Of a DNA stretch of 5,684 bases, positions 5,589 to 5,684 are shown piece after piece. The stretch's first letter is position 1. Each line of letters starts with the position of its first letter. This DNA comes from a virus. The notes below the pieces were generated by a model, which was given only the letters and a program-made list of their open reading frames with translations, was not told where the DNA came from and searched no databases. The stretch is from the IMG/VR virus record IMGVR_UViG_3300029528_000021, positions 1-5,684 of that record; one strand, 5' to 3'. Made by a program: the position numbers and the translations under genes.

Positions 5589-5684
5589 TTTTATTCCTCC
5601 TTTGCTTCAGTTTCTTTTTTCGGTTCTGCTGCTGCCATTTTTTGCAGTTCTTCGAGTTTCATGGCGTTTGCCTGTGCGGTCGCT
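5586..5684. repeat. Terminal redundancy: 5586-5684 is identical to 1-99, marking a circular genome of 5585 bp (window wraps around)
   Basis: Direct comparison of the first and last 99 bases (cacttttattcctcctttgcttcag...gcggtcgct). The VP1 start codon and the 130-aa ORF stop are therefore adjacent on the circle. Confidence 0.9.

Overview
The window is a complete, circularly permuted genome of a Gokushovirinae-like microvirus (Microviridae, ssDNA phage). Bases 5586-5684 are an exact repeat of bases 1-99, so the unit genome is 5585 bp and the window wraps by 99 bp. All convincing genes lie on the minus strand, as expected for a microvirus with one transcribed strand. In transcription order they are: major capsid VP1 (GTG start with a perfect Shine-Dalgarno), minor capsid/pilot VP2, the rolling-circle replication initiator VP4 (overlapping the VP2 stop in ATGA), a roughly 500-bp structured intergenic region, a 130-aa peptidase M15-family (L-Ala-D-Glu / VanY-like) lysis enzyme, then five small genes of 40, 74, 40, 79 and 130 aa. 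One of these, an unlisted 40-aa highly basic protein, resembles the microvirus J/VP8 DNA-binding protein. The 130-aa acidic protein ends 2 nt before VP1. The intergenic region (1512-2008) holds the most unusual non-coding signals: a near-consensus sigma70-type promoter (TTGACA-N17-TAAAAT) in front of the peptidase gene, a GC hairpin, eight direct TGTTGAAA iterons (coding strand) in two clusters, a ~46-bp GC-rich alternating purine/pyrimidine tract with an embedded 12-bp palindrome, and a perfect 10-bp-stem hairpin just after the Rep stop. A terminator-like hairpin lies between VP1 and VP2. Assignments rest on motifs read directly from the ORF translations (VP1 N-terminal TTFDxGKLIP / DEVLPGDTF block; Rep CGQCIGC, HYHMILYG and YVAGYVTKK motifs; peptidase HxxGxAxD and VHID zinc ligands) and on established microvirus biology. 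No database search was possible.
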